Part shown: in pieces, positions 46,927 through 57,453 of the stretch | Layout: each line of letters opens with the position of its first letter | Position numbering within the stretch: the first letter of the stretch is position 1 | Program-made: the position numbers and the translations under genes | Source of the DNA: an uncultured Bacteroidota bacterium | Lineage (GTDB): Bacteria > Bacteroidota > Bacteroidia > Chitinophagales > Chitinophagaceae | Direction of reading: 5' to 3' | DNA length: 64,000 bases | Assembly (NCBI GenBank): GCA_903929195.1 | Contig: CAIYTT010000014.1 | Location: forward strand, 245-64,244 | The notes under the pieces: model-generated | What the model was told of the DNA's origin: nothing | Databases searched by the model: none | The model's input: the letters and a program-made list of their open reading frames with translations, nothing else

Positions 46927-48894
46927 ATGAAAAAAATCGTTTTAGTTTTGTTTTTTTCTTTATTTTGTAGTTCGTCTTATTCGCAAACTTTTGATTTGCG
47001 TTTTAAGCTTTATTACACATGTAAAGTATGGGGTTTTGCAAAATACTATCATTCTAACGTAAATAACTGTAGTGTAAACTGGGATAGTGTTTTAGTTTCC
47101 GTTCTACCGGCAATAAGAGCTGCGTCTACAGATAGTGTATTTAATGATGTACTGGATACCATGCTTGCCGCAGCAGGACCAATGTCATTATCTACAACTT
47201 ATTTCCCTGACACACTACCCACAAACCTTAAATTCAACCGTGATTTTAGCTGGATGAGTGCTTCAATTTTCAGAAGCGATGTCTTGAATACTTTGGATAC
47301 TATAAAAAACAACTTCCGCCCCCATTCCGGCTGTTATGCAGAATACAATACATATACAACACCCTATCTGGGCTACTTGGTTTTGCCACATGATAGTATT
47401 GAAGTAGATATAAATACATATGTTTCATTTCCGGACGAAGACCATAGGCTATTAATGTTGTTTAAATATTGGAATGTGGTTCGCTTTTTTTACCCATATA
47501 CCTATTTAACAGACATACCTTGGGATACTACATTAAGCAATTATGTAACGAAAATTGATTCGGTAGGCGATTCTTATTCACTTTATTTACTTTATCTGAA
47601 AATCGCTACTAACTTGAATGATGCACATGTTTTTTTGGAGACTTTTAGTACTGAATATGAAATGCTTCCCGGCTACGAACAACCACCAATCCGTTTAAAA
47701 TATGTAGAAAATAAATATATAGTAGTTGAGTCACTCGTGCCGGGCATCATTCCCGGTGATGTGCTCATATCTATTGATGGTCGCACTGTTGCTCAATGGG
47801 AAGACAGCCTAATTCAGTATTATTCTGCAAGTAATATGACAAATTTCAGGCGAATAATGTGTCAAAATATGCTTGGTAGAATTTATAACGGCATGACAGA
47901 GGGCATTATAACACAAGACAGTACAGGCATCAATCATACTTTTTTCCCGACTTGCATTGCCCCCTCCTCCAATAGTGCTTTTTATTATAATTTCCATTAT
48001 CCATGCGACTCGCTTGACAGCATTAAATGGACTACATTGCCTTGCGACATTGGTTATGTGAATATGGGTAATTTACAAACATCTGACGAAAATGTGATGT
48101 ACAATGATTTGCAAAATAAAACTGCAATTATTTTCGATCTTCGAAACTATCCAAACCAAACAGCTTGGGGTATTGCAAATCTAATGTACCCAAATGAAAT
48201 AACAAATGTCAAATTTAGCATTCCAGATATTACTTATCCAGGTACTTTTTATTCTATATATCAATATTCTGGGTACAATGGCAACCCAACTCCTTACACA
48301 GGAAAGGTGATAATACTTATGGATGAAGTAACCCAAAGTCAGGCAGAATTTTCTTGCATGATATTAGGTGCCATGCCGGGTTCAATAAAGGTAGGCAGTC
48401 AAACTGCAGGTGCAGATGGCAACATTAGTTATTGGGGAATAAGTCAGGACTTACGTGCAGGCTTTACTACACTTGGAACCTTTTATCCAAATGGTGATAG
48501 TACGCAACGCATTGGTATTGTACCGGATTCAGTAGTTAAACCCACAATTTCTTCAATACGCAATAAAAAAGATTTAGTTTTAGAAAAAGCACTTTCTATT
48601 GCAGGGTGTAATCTTAACGTGCCAAAACTGAATACCTACATAAAAACTGAATTGAATATTTATCCAAATCCTGCATACAATGAGTTGAATATTGGCACAT
48701 CAAACTTTATCGGTGATAAGATTATTTTTCAGCTTTCAGATATTACTGGCAGGATATTATCTGAAAAAACACTTGATAATTGCTTAGGAAAAATAGACAC
48801 TAAGTTTGATATTACTAATTTTAGCAGCGGAATTTATTTTGTAAATGTAATTTCTGATAATCAAAAAATAACTTCAAAATTCGTAAAACAATAG
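46927..48894 (+). CDS. S41 family peptidase with a T9SS type A CTD
   Basis: Signal peptide. 'ILMDEVTQSQAEFSCMILGAMPGSIKVGSQTAGADGN' resembles the S41 Ser-containing block. The CTD reads 'LNIYPNPAYNELNI...GIYFVNV'. Confidence 0.65.
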   Translation: MKKIVLVLFFSLFCSSSYSQTFDLRFKLYYTCKVWGFAKYYHSNVNNCSVNWDSVLVSVLPAIRAASTDSVFNDVLDTMLAAAGPMSLSTTYFPDTLPTNLKFNRDFSWMSASIFRSDVLNTLDTIKNNFRPHSGCYAEYNTYTTPYLGYLVLPHDSIEVDINTYVSFPDEDHRLLMLFKYWNVVRFFYPYTYLTDIPWDTTLSNYVTKIDSVGDSYSLYLLYLKIATNLNDAHVFLETFSTEYEMLPGYEQPPIRLKYVENKYIVVESLVPGIIPGDVLISIDGRTVAQWEDSLIQYYSASNMTNFRRIMCQNMLGRIYNGMTEGIITQDSTGINHTFFPTCIAPSSNSAFYYNFHYPCDSLDSIKWTTLPCDIGYVNMGNLQTSDENVMYNDLQNKTAIIFDLRNYPNQTAWGIANLMYPNEITNVKFSIPDITYPGTFYSIYQYSGYNGNPTPYTGKVIILMDEVTQSQAEFSCMILGAMPGSIKVGSQTAGADGNISYWGISQDLRAGFTTLGTFYPNGDSTQRIGIVPDSVVKPTISSIRNKKDLVLEKALSIAGCNLNVPKLNTYIKTELNIYPNPAYNELNIGTSNFIGDKIIFQLSDITGRILSEKTLDNCLGKIDTKFDITNFSSGIYFVNVISDNQKITSKFVKQ

Positions 48895-48906
48895 AAATTA
48901 CTTTTT

Positions 48907-50502
48907 ATGAAAAAAATATATCGATTATATTTAGCTATACATCCGTTTTTTGTTTTATCTATACTATGGGTTATTCCTTCAGTTTCGATAGCTCAAATCG
49001 CACCAGCTATACAATGGCAGAAATGTTATGGTGGTTCAAGAGAAGATGCAGGTACATGTATATGCAAAACAACTGACGGAGGCTTCATTTTTGGAGGATT
49101 ATCCAGTTCAACAGACGGTCAGGTTTCAGGTAACCATGGAGGAGATGATTGTTGGGTTGTAAAAACGGACGCTGTCGGCACTATATTATGGGAAAAGAGC
49201 TATGGTGGTTCCGGCGATGAACAAGTATCGCACATTGCTGTCGATATAAATGGTGGATATATAATATCTGCATTTACTTCTTCCAATAATGGCGATATTA
49301 GTAGCAATCATGGAGCATTTGATGGATGGCTCATTAAGATAGACGATACTGGTCGAATTGTATGGCAAAAAGTGATGGGTAGTACAGGATATGATTATTT
49401 TAATTTTGTCTTAAATACCCCTGATAGCGGTTATTTAGCAGTTGGTGTTGCAGGAGCGAATGATGGTGACATTGGTGGATTAAATGGCGCCTCAGATTTT
49501 TGGGTAGTTAAATTTACAAAATCGGGTGCTATTAGTTGGAATAAAGTGTATGGTGGGCCAGGTAATGAATGGGGTAATTCTGCAATTAATACAATTGATA
49601 ATGGATTTCTAATAGATGGAAGTACACAAGGTGGAGGGGTTGTTTCCAATTACTTTGGAGGTTATGAGGATGCGTGGTTATTAAAATTGAACGATACAGG
49701 TGGTATAATGTGGAATAAATCTTACGGTGGCACCAATGATGATCAGGCAATTTCTGTTATACAAAAAAATGATGGTAACTATATTATCGGTTCTGAATCA
49801 AATTCTACTAATGGGCAAGTAAGTGGCAACCATGGGGACTATGACTTTTGGGTCTATTCAGTTAATGATACAGGTAAATTACTTTGGGGGAAATGTTTCG
49901 GTAGCACCGGTTGGGATTTTTTTGGAAGTTTATTGATAGCTTATGATAGCAATTTTATTTTAACAGGTACTGTTTCTTCATTAACTGGAAATGTAACTTC
50001 GAACAATACTTCTGTAGGCATATCCGATTTTTGGGTTGTGAAAATTAATGATACCGGTTCAATTCTCTGGGAAAATGCTTTCGGCGGTAGTAATGGAGAT
50101 TCTGCATGGGCAATAATTCAAACAGCTGATAGTGGCTATGCCATTTTGGGTACATCAAGTTCAAACAATTGGGATGTCAGTGGTAATCATGGCGGTTCAG
50201 ATGCTTGGTTAATGAAATTACATAAAGATCCGCCCGCAGGTGTTACTACTATAATTGGCAACTCAGAAATAAAAGTATTCCCAACCTTAACCAATGGATT
50301 GGTTCATATAGAAATGCCATTGGGTTATGAAAATGCCGAAGTTAGATTGAAAGATATAATGGGAAAACAAATTAGAACAGAAAATATAAATTCAGGTTGC
50401 TATCGTACATTGCAAATAAATAATCTTCCTGCGAACATTTATCTTCTTGAAATTATTAATAATAGTGAAAAAAACACCTATAAACTGGTTATTTATCATT
50501 AG
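48907..50502 (+). CDS. seven-repeat (beta-propeller-like) protein with a T9SS type A CTD
   Basis: Seven units of ~58 aa match 'YGG.g.d......t.DGGyi..G.t.S.dGdvSGNHGg.D.WvvK.ddtG.i.W.K'. The CTD reads 'IKVFPTLTNGLVHI...NIYLLEI'. Confidence 0.6.
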   Translation: MKKIYRLYLAIHPFFVLSILWVIPSVSIAQIAPAIQWQKCYGGSREDAGTCICKTTDGGFIFGGLSSSTDGQVSGNHGGDDCWVVKTDAVGTILWEKSYGGSGDEQVSHIAVDINGGYIISAFTSSNNGDISSNHGAFDGWLIKIDDTGRIVWQKVMGSTGYDYFNFVLNTPDSGYLAVGVAGANDGDIGGLNGASDFWVVKFTKSGAISWNKVYGGPGNEWGNSAINTIDNGFLIDGSTQGGGVVSNYFGGYEDAWLLKLNDTGGIMWNKSYGGTNDDQAISVIQKNDGNYIIGSESNSTNGQVSGNHGDYDFWVYSVNDTGKLLWGKCFGSTGWDFFGSLLIAYDSNFILTGTVSSLTGNVTSNNTSVGISDFWVVKINDTGSILWENAFGGSNGDSAWAIIQTADSGYAILGTSSSNNWDVSGNHGGSDAWLMKLHKDPPAGVTTIIGNSEIKVFPTLTNGLVHIEMPLGYENAEVRLKDIMGKQIRTENINSGCYRTLQINNLPANIYLLEIINNSEKNTYKLVIYH

Positions 50503-50533
50503 GATTTTTTTTATTGTTTATTCTATAATACCA

Positions 50534-50570
50534 CCAATAATCAAAAAGAGTTCCTCCTTTTGATTGTTGG
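50534..50570 (+). terminator. possible terminator (imperfect hairpin)
   Basis: CCAATAATCAAAAAG / CCTTTTGATTGTTGG forms a 15-bp stem with 2 mismatches and a 7-nt loop, about 30 nt after the stop at 50502. Confidence 0.35.
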
Positions 50571-50804
50571 ATAGTAGTAGATAAAAACTTACCTTATCAA
50601 CAAAATTTAAATACTTTACCCTGTGCTATTATCATTCTTGATGTATTGCGGAATACCTTAAAGTATATTTCGCCATTAATTCCAAAAATAGTTGCGTGTT
50701 TAAAATGCATTACTGAAAAGAACGTGATTGTAATTACTCCTGATGTCGTTTTAAAAGACATGAAGTAAAAAATAATTCTTAATTTTACGTTTTTTATAAA
50801 TATT

Positions 50805-51212
50805 ATGCATTTTTCTACAGATAAAGCACCTAAGCCGGTTGGCTTATATCCACATGCCAAGCGTGTGGGTAATCTTTTATTTCTTTCGGGGGTTGGACCT
50901 CGTAAAGCCGGTACCGATGAAATACCGGGATTAAAGACCGATAAACATGGTAATTATACAGAATTTGATTTTGAAGCACAATGTAGAAGTGTATTTGATA
51001 ACGTACGTACTATCTTAGAAGAAAGTGGCAGTAGTTGGAATAAACTAATTGATGTTACCGTGTTTTTAGTAAATATGAAAAGAGATTTTCATACCTATAA
51101 TAAGGTATATGCAGAGTATTTTAAAGATAATCAGCCCTGTCGCACTACTATAGGTATTGAATCTTTACCCACAGCAATAGCAATAGAATTAAAATGTATT
51201 GCTGAAATATAA
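50805..51212 (+). CDS. RidA family protein (YjgF/L-PSP)
   Basis: 'APKPVGLYPHAKRVGNLLFLSG', '..DVTVFLVNM.DF..YN.VY.EYF....P.RTTIG...LP....IELKCIA'. Confidence 0.8.
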   Translation: MHFSTDKAPKPVGLYPHAKRVGNLLFLSGVGPRKAGTDEIPGLKTDKHGNYTEFDFEAQCRSVFDNVRTILEESGSSWNKLIDVTVFLVNMKRDFHTYNKVYAEYFKDNQPCRTTIGIESLPTAIAIELKCIAEI

Positions 51213-51278
51213 TTATAACAATATTATATTTTTTATCTGTGTGTTTCTGATTAATTAAAATTTGACCCAATTATATTA

Positions 51279-52358
51279 ATGGAAAATATCTATACCTACC
51301 ATCGTTTGTTTATATTTGTGAATGCTGTTTTTTCTTCAATGGGTTGCAGCACAAAAGATGCAGAAATAGCTACAAAAGTGTTGTTATCTGCTGATTTAAG
51401 AGGTATTGACAGTCATGGTATTGCAAGGCTTAATGGATATTTACGATTGTGGGAAGCAAAGAGAGTGAATGCAAAGCCTGAAATTAAAATAATACACGAA
51501 ACACCATCCACAGCAGTAGTTGACGGAGATGCAGGATTGGGGCTTGTAGTAGCACCTTATGCTATGAAAATTGCTATTGAGAAGGCTGAGCAAGTAGGTA
51601 CCGGTTGGGTAAGCGTAAATAACAGTAATCATTTTGGTATTGCCGGTACACATGCTATGATGGCATTAGAGAAAAATATGATAGGCATTGCCATGACCAA
51701 TGCCAGTGCATTAGTGGCTCCTACTTTTTCAATAGAACGGATGCTGGGCACTAATCCGATTGCTGTAGCAATACCTGCCGGAAAAGAGCCTCCCTTTGTT
51801 GCCGATTTTGCTACAACAACCGCTGCAAACGGCAAATTAGAACTTCTGCAAAGAGAAGGTAAAGAAGCTCCAATTGGTTGGGTGCAAGACGAATATGGAA
51901 ATAATGTAAGTGATGCTTCTATATTAAAAAATAATGGCTCATTATTACCACTTGGTAGCGATAGGCAGCATGGCAGCCATAAAGGATATGCTTTAGGCAG
52001 TATTGTAGATATTTTTTCGGCAGTATTAAGTGGGGCAAGTTATGGACCTTGGGCACCACCGTTTCCTGCTTATGTACCCATGCCTGTGGATATGCCCGGC
52101 AAAGGTTTGGGGCATTTTTTCGGGGCTATGAGAATAGATGCTTTTAGACCGGCAGAAGATTTTAAAAATAATATGGATAATTGGATTGGGCGTTTCAGGA
52201 ATGCCAAACCAATTGCAGGGCAAGAAAAAGTTTTAATACCCGGAGACCCTGAAAGAGAAATTGAAAAAATAAGAATGGAAGAGGGCATTCCTATCCCACA
52301 AAGTTTAGTAATAGAATTGAATACTGTAGCTGAAAAGATGGGTATTGAGGTGTTATAG
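51279..52358 (+). CDS. Ldh_2 family (malate/L-lactate/sulfolactate-type) oxidoreductase
   Basis: 'DLRGIDSHGIARL', 'NSNHFGIAG', 'MTNAS..VAP', 'GTNPIAVAIP' and 'HKGYALG' are Ldh_2 family motifs. Confidence 0.8.
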   Translation: MENIYTYHRLFIFVNAVFSSMGCSTKDAEIATKVLLSADLRGIDSHGIARLNGYLRLWEAKRVNAKPEIKIIHETPSTAVVDGDAGLGLVVAPYAMKIAIEKAEQVGTGWVSVNNSNHFGIAGTHAMMALEKNMIGIAMTNASALVAPTFSIERMLGTNPIAVAIPAGKEPPFVADFATTTAANGKLELLQREGKEAPIGWVQDEYGNNVSDASILKNNGSLLPLGSDRQHGSHKGYALGSIVDIFSAVLSGASYGPWAPPFPAYVPMPVDMPGKGLGHFFGAMRIDAFRPAEDFKNNMDNWIGRFRNAKPIAGQEKVLIPGDPEREIEKIRMEEGIPIPQSLVIELNTVAEKMGIEVL

Positions 52359-52549
52359 TAGCTCGCAAAGTGTTGCTAATTAATAAAGGATAAGATTATT
52401 TTCTTATTCTAAAATATAAACTGTTAAACAATAAAAAAGTATTATTTTTGACCCAACGAAAAGATAGTTTCTAATTGTCTTGTATTTAAAGAGATTTTGC
52501 CTTAATTTGCTGTCTCAATTTTTAAATTTCTTTTATTAAAGAAAATAAG

Positions 52550-53593
52550 ATGAAAAAAAATGTATTTGGAGTACTTATTGCAATAATGTTGAGTGGGTCG
52601 TTGATGGCACAGGATGTACATTTTACACAATATTTCACCTCACCTCTTACTCTTAATCCTGCATTAACAGGGTTAGTACCCGATGATTTACGCTGGGCTG
52701 CAAACTACCGTACACAATGGTCTGCGGTTTCCAGTACTCCTTATGTTACAGGTACTTTATCTTACGATATGGCTATGCTTAAAGGTAAATTACCTGAAGG
52801 AGATGCATTGGGTATTGGAATATTGGGTCTATACGACAAATCGGGTACGGGTGCATTAACCAATACAACAGTAGGGTTATCAATGGCTTACCACAAAGGT
52901 ATCGGTAGAGATAAAAATCAACATATTTCAATTGGCATTCAAGGTTTTTTAGTGCAAAAACATATTGATTTCCAAAAACTAACTTTTGAAGACCAATTTG
53001 ATAATTCTACCGGTGGCACACCTTACCCAACAAATGAACATTTTACAAATGCAGACCTTACCTATCCCGATTTTAATGTAGGTGCAATGTATTCGGGCAA
53101 AGTATCTGACCATGCTTTATTGTATGTTGGTTACTCCTATTATCACATGACACAACCAGTTGAAACATTTCTGAATGATAATAGCCATCAAATACATACC
53201 CGTTCTACAGGTTACATAGGAGGTTCGTTCGATATGAATGAATATACCGTATTATATGCAAGTGCTTTATATCAAAGTCAGGCATCAGCATCCGAAATAT
53301 TATTAGGTACAGCAATAGGGTTCATTCTAAATCCGGGTCATGATGAAGATTTCCAGAAAAACACAGTTCTTTATTTAGGTGGCTGGTATCGCTACGAAGA
53401 TGCATTAGCACCGTATGTAGCTATCGAATGGTCTCACATGCGTATCGGTTTAAGTTACGATGTAAACGTATCTAGCTTTATGCCTGCTACACACGGTAAT
53501 GGTGCTATGGAAATATCCTTGTTGTATTTCGGTAGAATAAATAAGCATGACAAAAACCCTGTTTATAATTGGAATTGCCCTAAATTATATTAA
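52550..53593 (+). CDS. PorP/SprF family T9SS outer-membrane protein
   Basis: Signal peptide then 'AQDVHFTQYFTSPLTLNPALTG', the hallmark PorP/SprF N-terminus. The beta-barrel-like remainder ends in 'MEISL.Y'. Confidence 0.75.
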   Translation: MKKNVFGVLIAIMLSGSLMAQDVHFTQYFTSPLTLNPALTGLVPDDLRWAANYRTQWSAVSSTPYVTGTLSYDMAMLKGKLPEGDALGIGILGLYDKSGTGALTNTTVGLSMAYHKGIGRDKNQHISIGIQGFLVQKHIDFQKLTFEDQFDNSTGGTPYPTNEHFTNADLTYPDFNVGAMYSGKVSDHALLYVGYSYYHMTQPVETFLNDNSHQIHTRSTGYIGGSFDMNEYTVLYASALYQSQASASEILLGTAIGFILNPGHDEDFQKNTVLYLGGWYRYEDALAPYVAIEWSHMRIGLSYDVNVSSFMPATHGNGAMEISLLYFGRINKHDKNPVYNWNCPKLY

Positions 53594-53616
53594 TACTCCT
53601 AAAAATATTTTAAAAT

Positions 53617-53653
53617 AATGAACCCTCAAATACTTGCAATTTGAGGGTTCATT
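53617..53653 (+). terminator. rho-independent terminator
   Basis: 15-bp perfect stem AATGAACCCTCAAAT / ATTTGAGGGTTCATT with a 7-nt loop, followed by T8. Confidence 0.8.
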
Positions 53654-54067
53654 TTTTTTTGTAAAAGACAGAAGTGGCGATATCTGCATTATACAAAGTA
53701 TCACGGTATATCTGTACAAAAAATCTTCTTATCAAATTTGGAATCTTTTATTCTTGCGTTTTGTAAGGAAATCAGTTCAAACTATTTTATACTTATGAAT
53801 GGTATTACATAAGTATAAAACAAAAATTTAGTAAGCATATTTATAGATAAGCCGTATTTTCCATTGTTCTACAAGAAACACCTATACCATTAAAATGGTA
53901 ATTGATAAATTTTATGTTGACGAAATGAAGCAATTTGGCAATAATGCATATAATGTTGAATTATGTAAATGAGAACTCGCTTTAATTTGAAAATGTTACA
54001 CTTTTCACTTACACCCTACTCTCTACCGCAAAAAAACACTTATATTTATCGCTTTATTTCTTGGCTT

Positions 54068-57000
54068 ATGCAATTACGCTTTTTTGGTACTCTTATTGGT
54101 GTTGTTTTAGTATTCAGCACTTTTGCCCGCCTACACGACAATGCCTACCGTAGTGTAGATAACCCATACTATTGGCAAAACCGTATGCCCGATAATGCTT
54201 ACTGGCAACAAGATGTAGCCTATAAAATACTTGCCATAATAGACGAAGACTCTAACATGATTCATGGTGCTGAAGTGCTAACTTATTGGAACAATTCGCC
54301 TGACACATTAAATGAAGTGTATTTTCATCTTTTTCAGAACGCATTTATAAAAGGCTCGCATTTGCACGATTTAGAATTGGCAAATAATGTAAAACCACAT
54401 TTGGGCAAAATGGAAGAAGCCGGTTTAGGAATAATACCCGAAAACATTGAGGTAAACGGCAATACTGTTAAAACCATATTAGATAATACCATAATGAAGG
54501 TTTTGTTGCCTGCACCCCTATACCCGGGTGGCAAAATACAAATAAAAATGACTTTCAGAACATATTACGACAATGGTGCTACCCGCCGCAGAATGCAAAT
54601 GTATAATGCATGGGGTTTTATGCACTATAACGGCACACAATGGTTTCCAAAAATTTGTGTTTACGACCGTATACACGGTTGGGATACTTACCAGCATTTA
54701 AATAAAGAGTTTTATGGCGATTTCGGTTTGTATGATGTTACTCTTGATTTTCCGGCGAATTATATTGTTGAAGCAAGCGGCGAATTACAAAATCGTAAAG
54801 ATGTGCTGCCGGACACACTAAGACAAAAATTAGACATTAAGAATTTTACAACTAAAAAGTGGAACGAACCACCCTCTATTATTACACCCTACATTAAAGG
54901 GCAACGCAAAGAATGGCATTTTGTTGCTAATAATGTACACGATTTTGCATTTACAGCCGACCCTTCGTTCCGTATTGGTACTACTTATTGGAATAATATT
55001 GAGTGCGTTGCACTTGTGCAAGAGCCACATGCCGCCTATTGGCAAAATGCACCCGATTATGTAAGTAAAATCATTAAAACGTTTTCGGAAGGTATTGGCA
55101 TGTATTGCTACCCAAAAATTGTTGCTGCAGATGCACAAGATGGTATGGAATACCCAATGCTTACCTTAGATGGTGGCTACGAACCTAATTATAGAGGCTT
55201 ATTTGTACACGAAATAGGGCATAACTGGTTTTATGGGCAGGTAGGCAGCAACGAAACGTATCGTGCTGCAATGGATGAGGGATTTACACAATACCTTACC
55301 GCTTATGGTTTACGCCATATTGATGGTGAAAACATGGTAATAACACCATCTGCCAACCGTTACAGAAACTTTTTTGCCGAACCGCAAAACGTATTAGATA
55401 GGAATGTTTTAAACAGCTATACTTTAGATGCCTTAAATCAAAATGAAACTCCAATTAATACTCACTCCGATGATTTTAGCAGTGCATTAAACCATGGTGG
55501 TAATTATAGAGAAGTTTATTACAAAACAGCTTCCATGCTATATAATCTGGAATATGTATTAGGCGATTCCTTATTTGCTAGTGCTATGCATCATTATTTT
55601 GAACAATGGAAATTTGCTCATCCTTACTTTGAAGACTTTAGAGCCTCGGTTATTCAATATACACATGTTGATTTATCATGGTTTTTTGATGAGTGGTTCG
55701 AAACTACTAAAACCATAGATTATGCTATTGGTAACATTCATAAAATAAAAGGAACAGATAGTATTTCAATAAAATTTACTCGCAAAGGCGAAATGCAAAT
55801 GCCCATAGACTTTACAGTAACAGCCAATAACGGAAAAAAATATAATTTCCATATACCTAATACTTGGTTTCAAAAACAAACAGATGCAACTATATTACCT
55901 AAATGGTATGGTTGGGGTAAGCTTAATAAAAATTATACAGCACATCTGCAAATTCCATCAGGTATTAAAAGTGTACAAACAGATACCACTTACCGATTAG
56001 CCGATAAAAATTATATAGACAATTACAAGGGAGGCACAGAGGGTGTAAAACTAATGTTTGAAAGTGGCTTAAATACTCCAATTGACCGGAGGCACTTCAG
56101 GTGGTATATGCGTCCTGATATTTGGTGGAATGCAGTTGATGGACTGAAAATAGGTTATAAATCGAGCGAAGGATACTTAAATACATTACAAAACAAAGAT
56201 TATACGATTTGGTGGAATACTCGCATATTATTCGAAAATGACTATAGGTCAATAGATGGCAAGAGCAGATATTCCACTTACTCACCGGTTAGTTTTACTT
56301 ATAATTATTTATCTGCTATAAATGCGAATACACCTAAAACACAATTACAATATAATATTAGATATTTAGATGGCCTATGGTTTCTTAAAGGCGGATTCAA
56401 TAGGTTAATAAGTGAAAATAATACAATCAGTTTTTTTGCACAAACGATGTGGCGTAATACAGATGCAGGTGGGCTAAATTACCTAACAGACCCGGCAGAA
56501 TGGAGCAGTGTTAATGGCAAACCAAATTCATCGGCCAATGTGGTATTTAATCATCGGTATAATTATTTTAATGGCATAGGTAAATTTACATTCACCACCC
56601 GTACACCATTGCTAACAAATAACTTTGATTATTCGTATATACAAATGGAAAACATAAACAATCATAATTTAGGAAAATTAAATATTCGTACCCGTGTTTT
56701 CGGTAGGTATGGTATGGGTAATAACATACCTTATGAAAGTGCTTTGTTTATGGCAGGTGCTAATCCTGAAGAACAAATGGATAATAAATATAGCCGTAGT
56801 GTTGGTTTTATACCTATGGAATGGCAAGGTGAATCCAGGTATAATGTAAACCATTATCAAATGGGCGGTGGGTTAAACCTTAGGGGTTATGCCGGTTATT
56901 TTGCCCCCGATACCCGTGGTGGTACACAAATGGAAGCTTACAAAGGACGCAGTGGTGCTGCGGCAAACTTAGAAATAGGGTTTGACAACTTAATAAAATT

Positions 57001-57310
57001 GAAACCAAGAATAACACGCAATTGGTTAAAATGCAATTTGTATCTTTTCGGTGATGCCGGATTTATGGAAATGAGTAATTATTCGTTGCCAAACTTCACT
57101 ATTAATGAACCTAATTCTATTTATTGGAGCAGTTTACATGCTGATGCCGGGGCAGGTATTGCATTTACAATAAGAAATTGGGGTATTTTTGAGAAGGCAA
57201 AACCATTAACTCTGCGTCTTGATTTACCTGTATTCTTAAACCGCCCACCCTATAGTAATACCGACTATGCTACTTTAAGATATGTTGTTGGGATTGGTAG
57301 GGCGTTTTAG
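54068..57310 (+). CDS. M1-family zinc metallopeptidase fused to a C-terminal Omp85-like beta-barrel
   Basis: Gluzincin site 'GMEYP...HEIGHNWFYGQVGSNE'. The C-terminal ~400 aa carry 'GGGLNLRGY', 'LYLFGDAGF' and 'DAGAGIAFTIR...LRLDLP', the Omp85/D15-type barrel signature. The start is set at the ATG at 54068 ('MQLRFFGTLIGVVLVFSTFA'). Confidence 0.7.
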   Translation: MQLRFFGTLIGVVLVFSTFARLHDNAYRSVDNPYYWQNRMPDNAYWQQDVAYKILAIIDEDSNMIHGAEVLTYWNNSPDTLNEVYFHLFQNAFIKGSHLHDLELANNVKPHLGKMEEAGLGIIPENIEVNGNTVKTILDNTIMKVLLPAPLYPGGKIQIKMTFRTYYDNGATRRRMQMYNAWGFMHYNGTQWFPKICVYDRIHGWDTYQHLNKEFYGDFGLYDVTLDFPANYIVEASGELQNRKDVLPDTLRQKLDIKNFTTKKWNEPPSIITPYIKGQRKEWHFVANNVHDFAFTADPSFRIGTTYWNNIECVALVQEPHAAYWQNAPDYVSKIIKTFSEGIGMYCYPKIVAADAQDGMEYPMLTLDGGYEPNYRGLFVHEIGHNWFYGQVGSNETYRAAMDEGFTQYLTAYGLRHIDGENMVITPSANRYRNFFAEPQNVLDRNVLNSYTLDALNQNETPINTHSDDFSSALNHGGNYREVYYKTASMLYNLEYVLGDSLFASAMHHYFEQWKFAHPYFEDFRASVIQYTHVDLSWFFDEWFETTKTIDYAIGNIHKIKGTDSISIKFTRKGEMQMPIDFTVTANNGKKYNFHIPNTWFQKQTDATILPKWYGWGKLNKNYTAHLQIPSGIKSVQTDTTYRLADKNYIDNYKGGTEGVKLMFESGLNTPIDRRHFRWYMRPDIWWNAVDGLKIGYKSSEGYLNTLQNKDYTIWWNTRILFENDYRSIDGKSRYSTYSPVSFTYNYLSAINANTPKTQLQYNIRYLDGLWFLKGGFNRLISENNTISFFAQTMWRNTDAGGLNYLTDPAEWSSVNGKPNSSANVVFNHRYNYFNGIGKFTFTTRTPLLTNNFDYSYIQMENINNHNLGKLNIRTRVFGRYGMGNNIPYESALFMAGANPEEQMDNKYSRSVGFIPMEWQGESRYNVNHYQMGGGLNLRGYAGYFAPDTRGGTQMEAYKGRSGAAANLEIGFDNLIKLKPRITRNWLKCNLYLFGDAGFMEMSNYSLPNFTINEPNSIYWSSLHADAGAGIAFTIRNWGIFEKAKPLTLRLDLPVFLNRPPYSNTDYATLRYVVGIGRAF

Positions 57311-57453
57311 CAGGTTGGATAAATTAAATTCAATACAATGTAAAATAATTGGAAAGACAGGGGGACTTCCTCTATTTTATTATAAATGTTATTGTTTTTT
57401 TTATTGGCGTTAAAAATCGTATCTTGTCCTTGATTTACCAATTTTTAGCTTAG

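Noticed and set aside
50597-50860. 87-aa minus-strand ORF overlapping the RidA gene start
   Set aside because: It overlaps a well-supported CDS, has no recognisable features, and lies in the AT-rich promoter region of the RidA gene.
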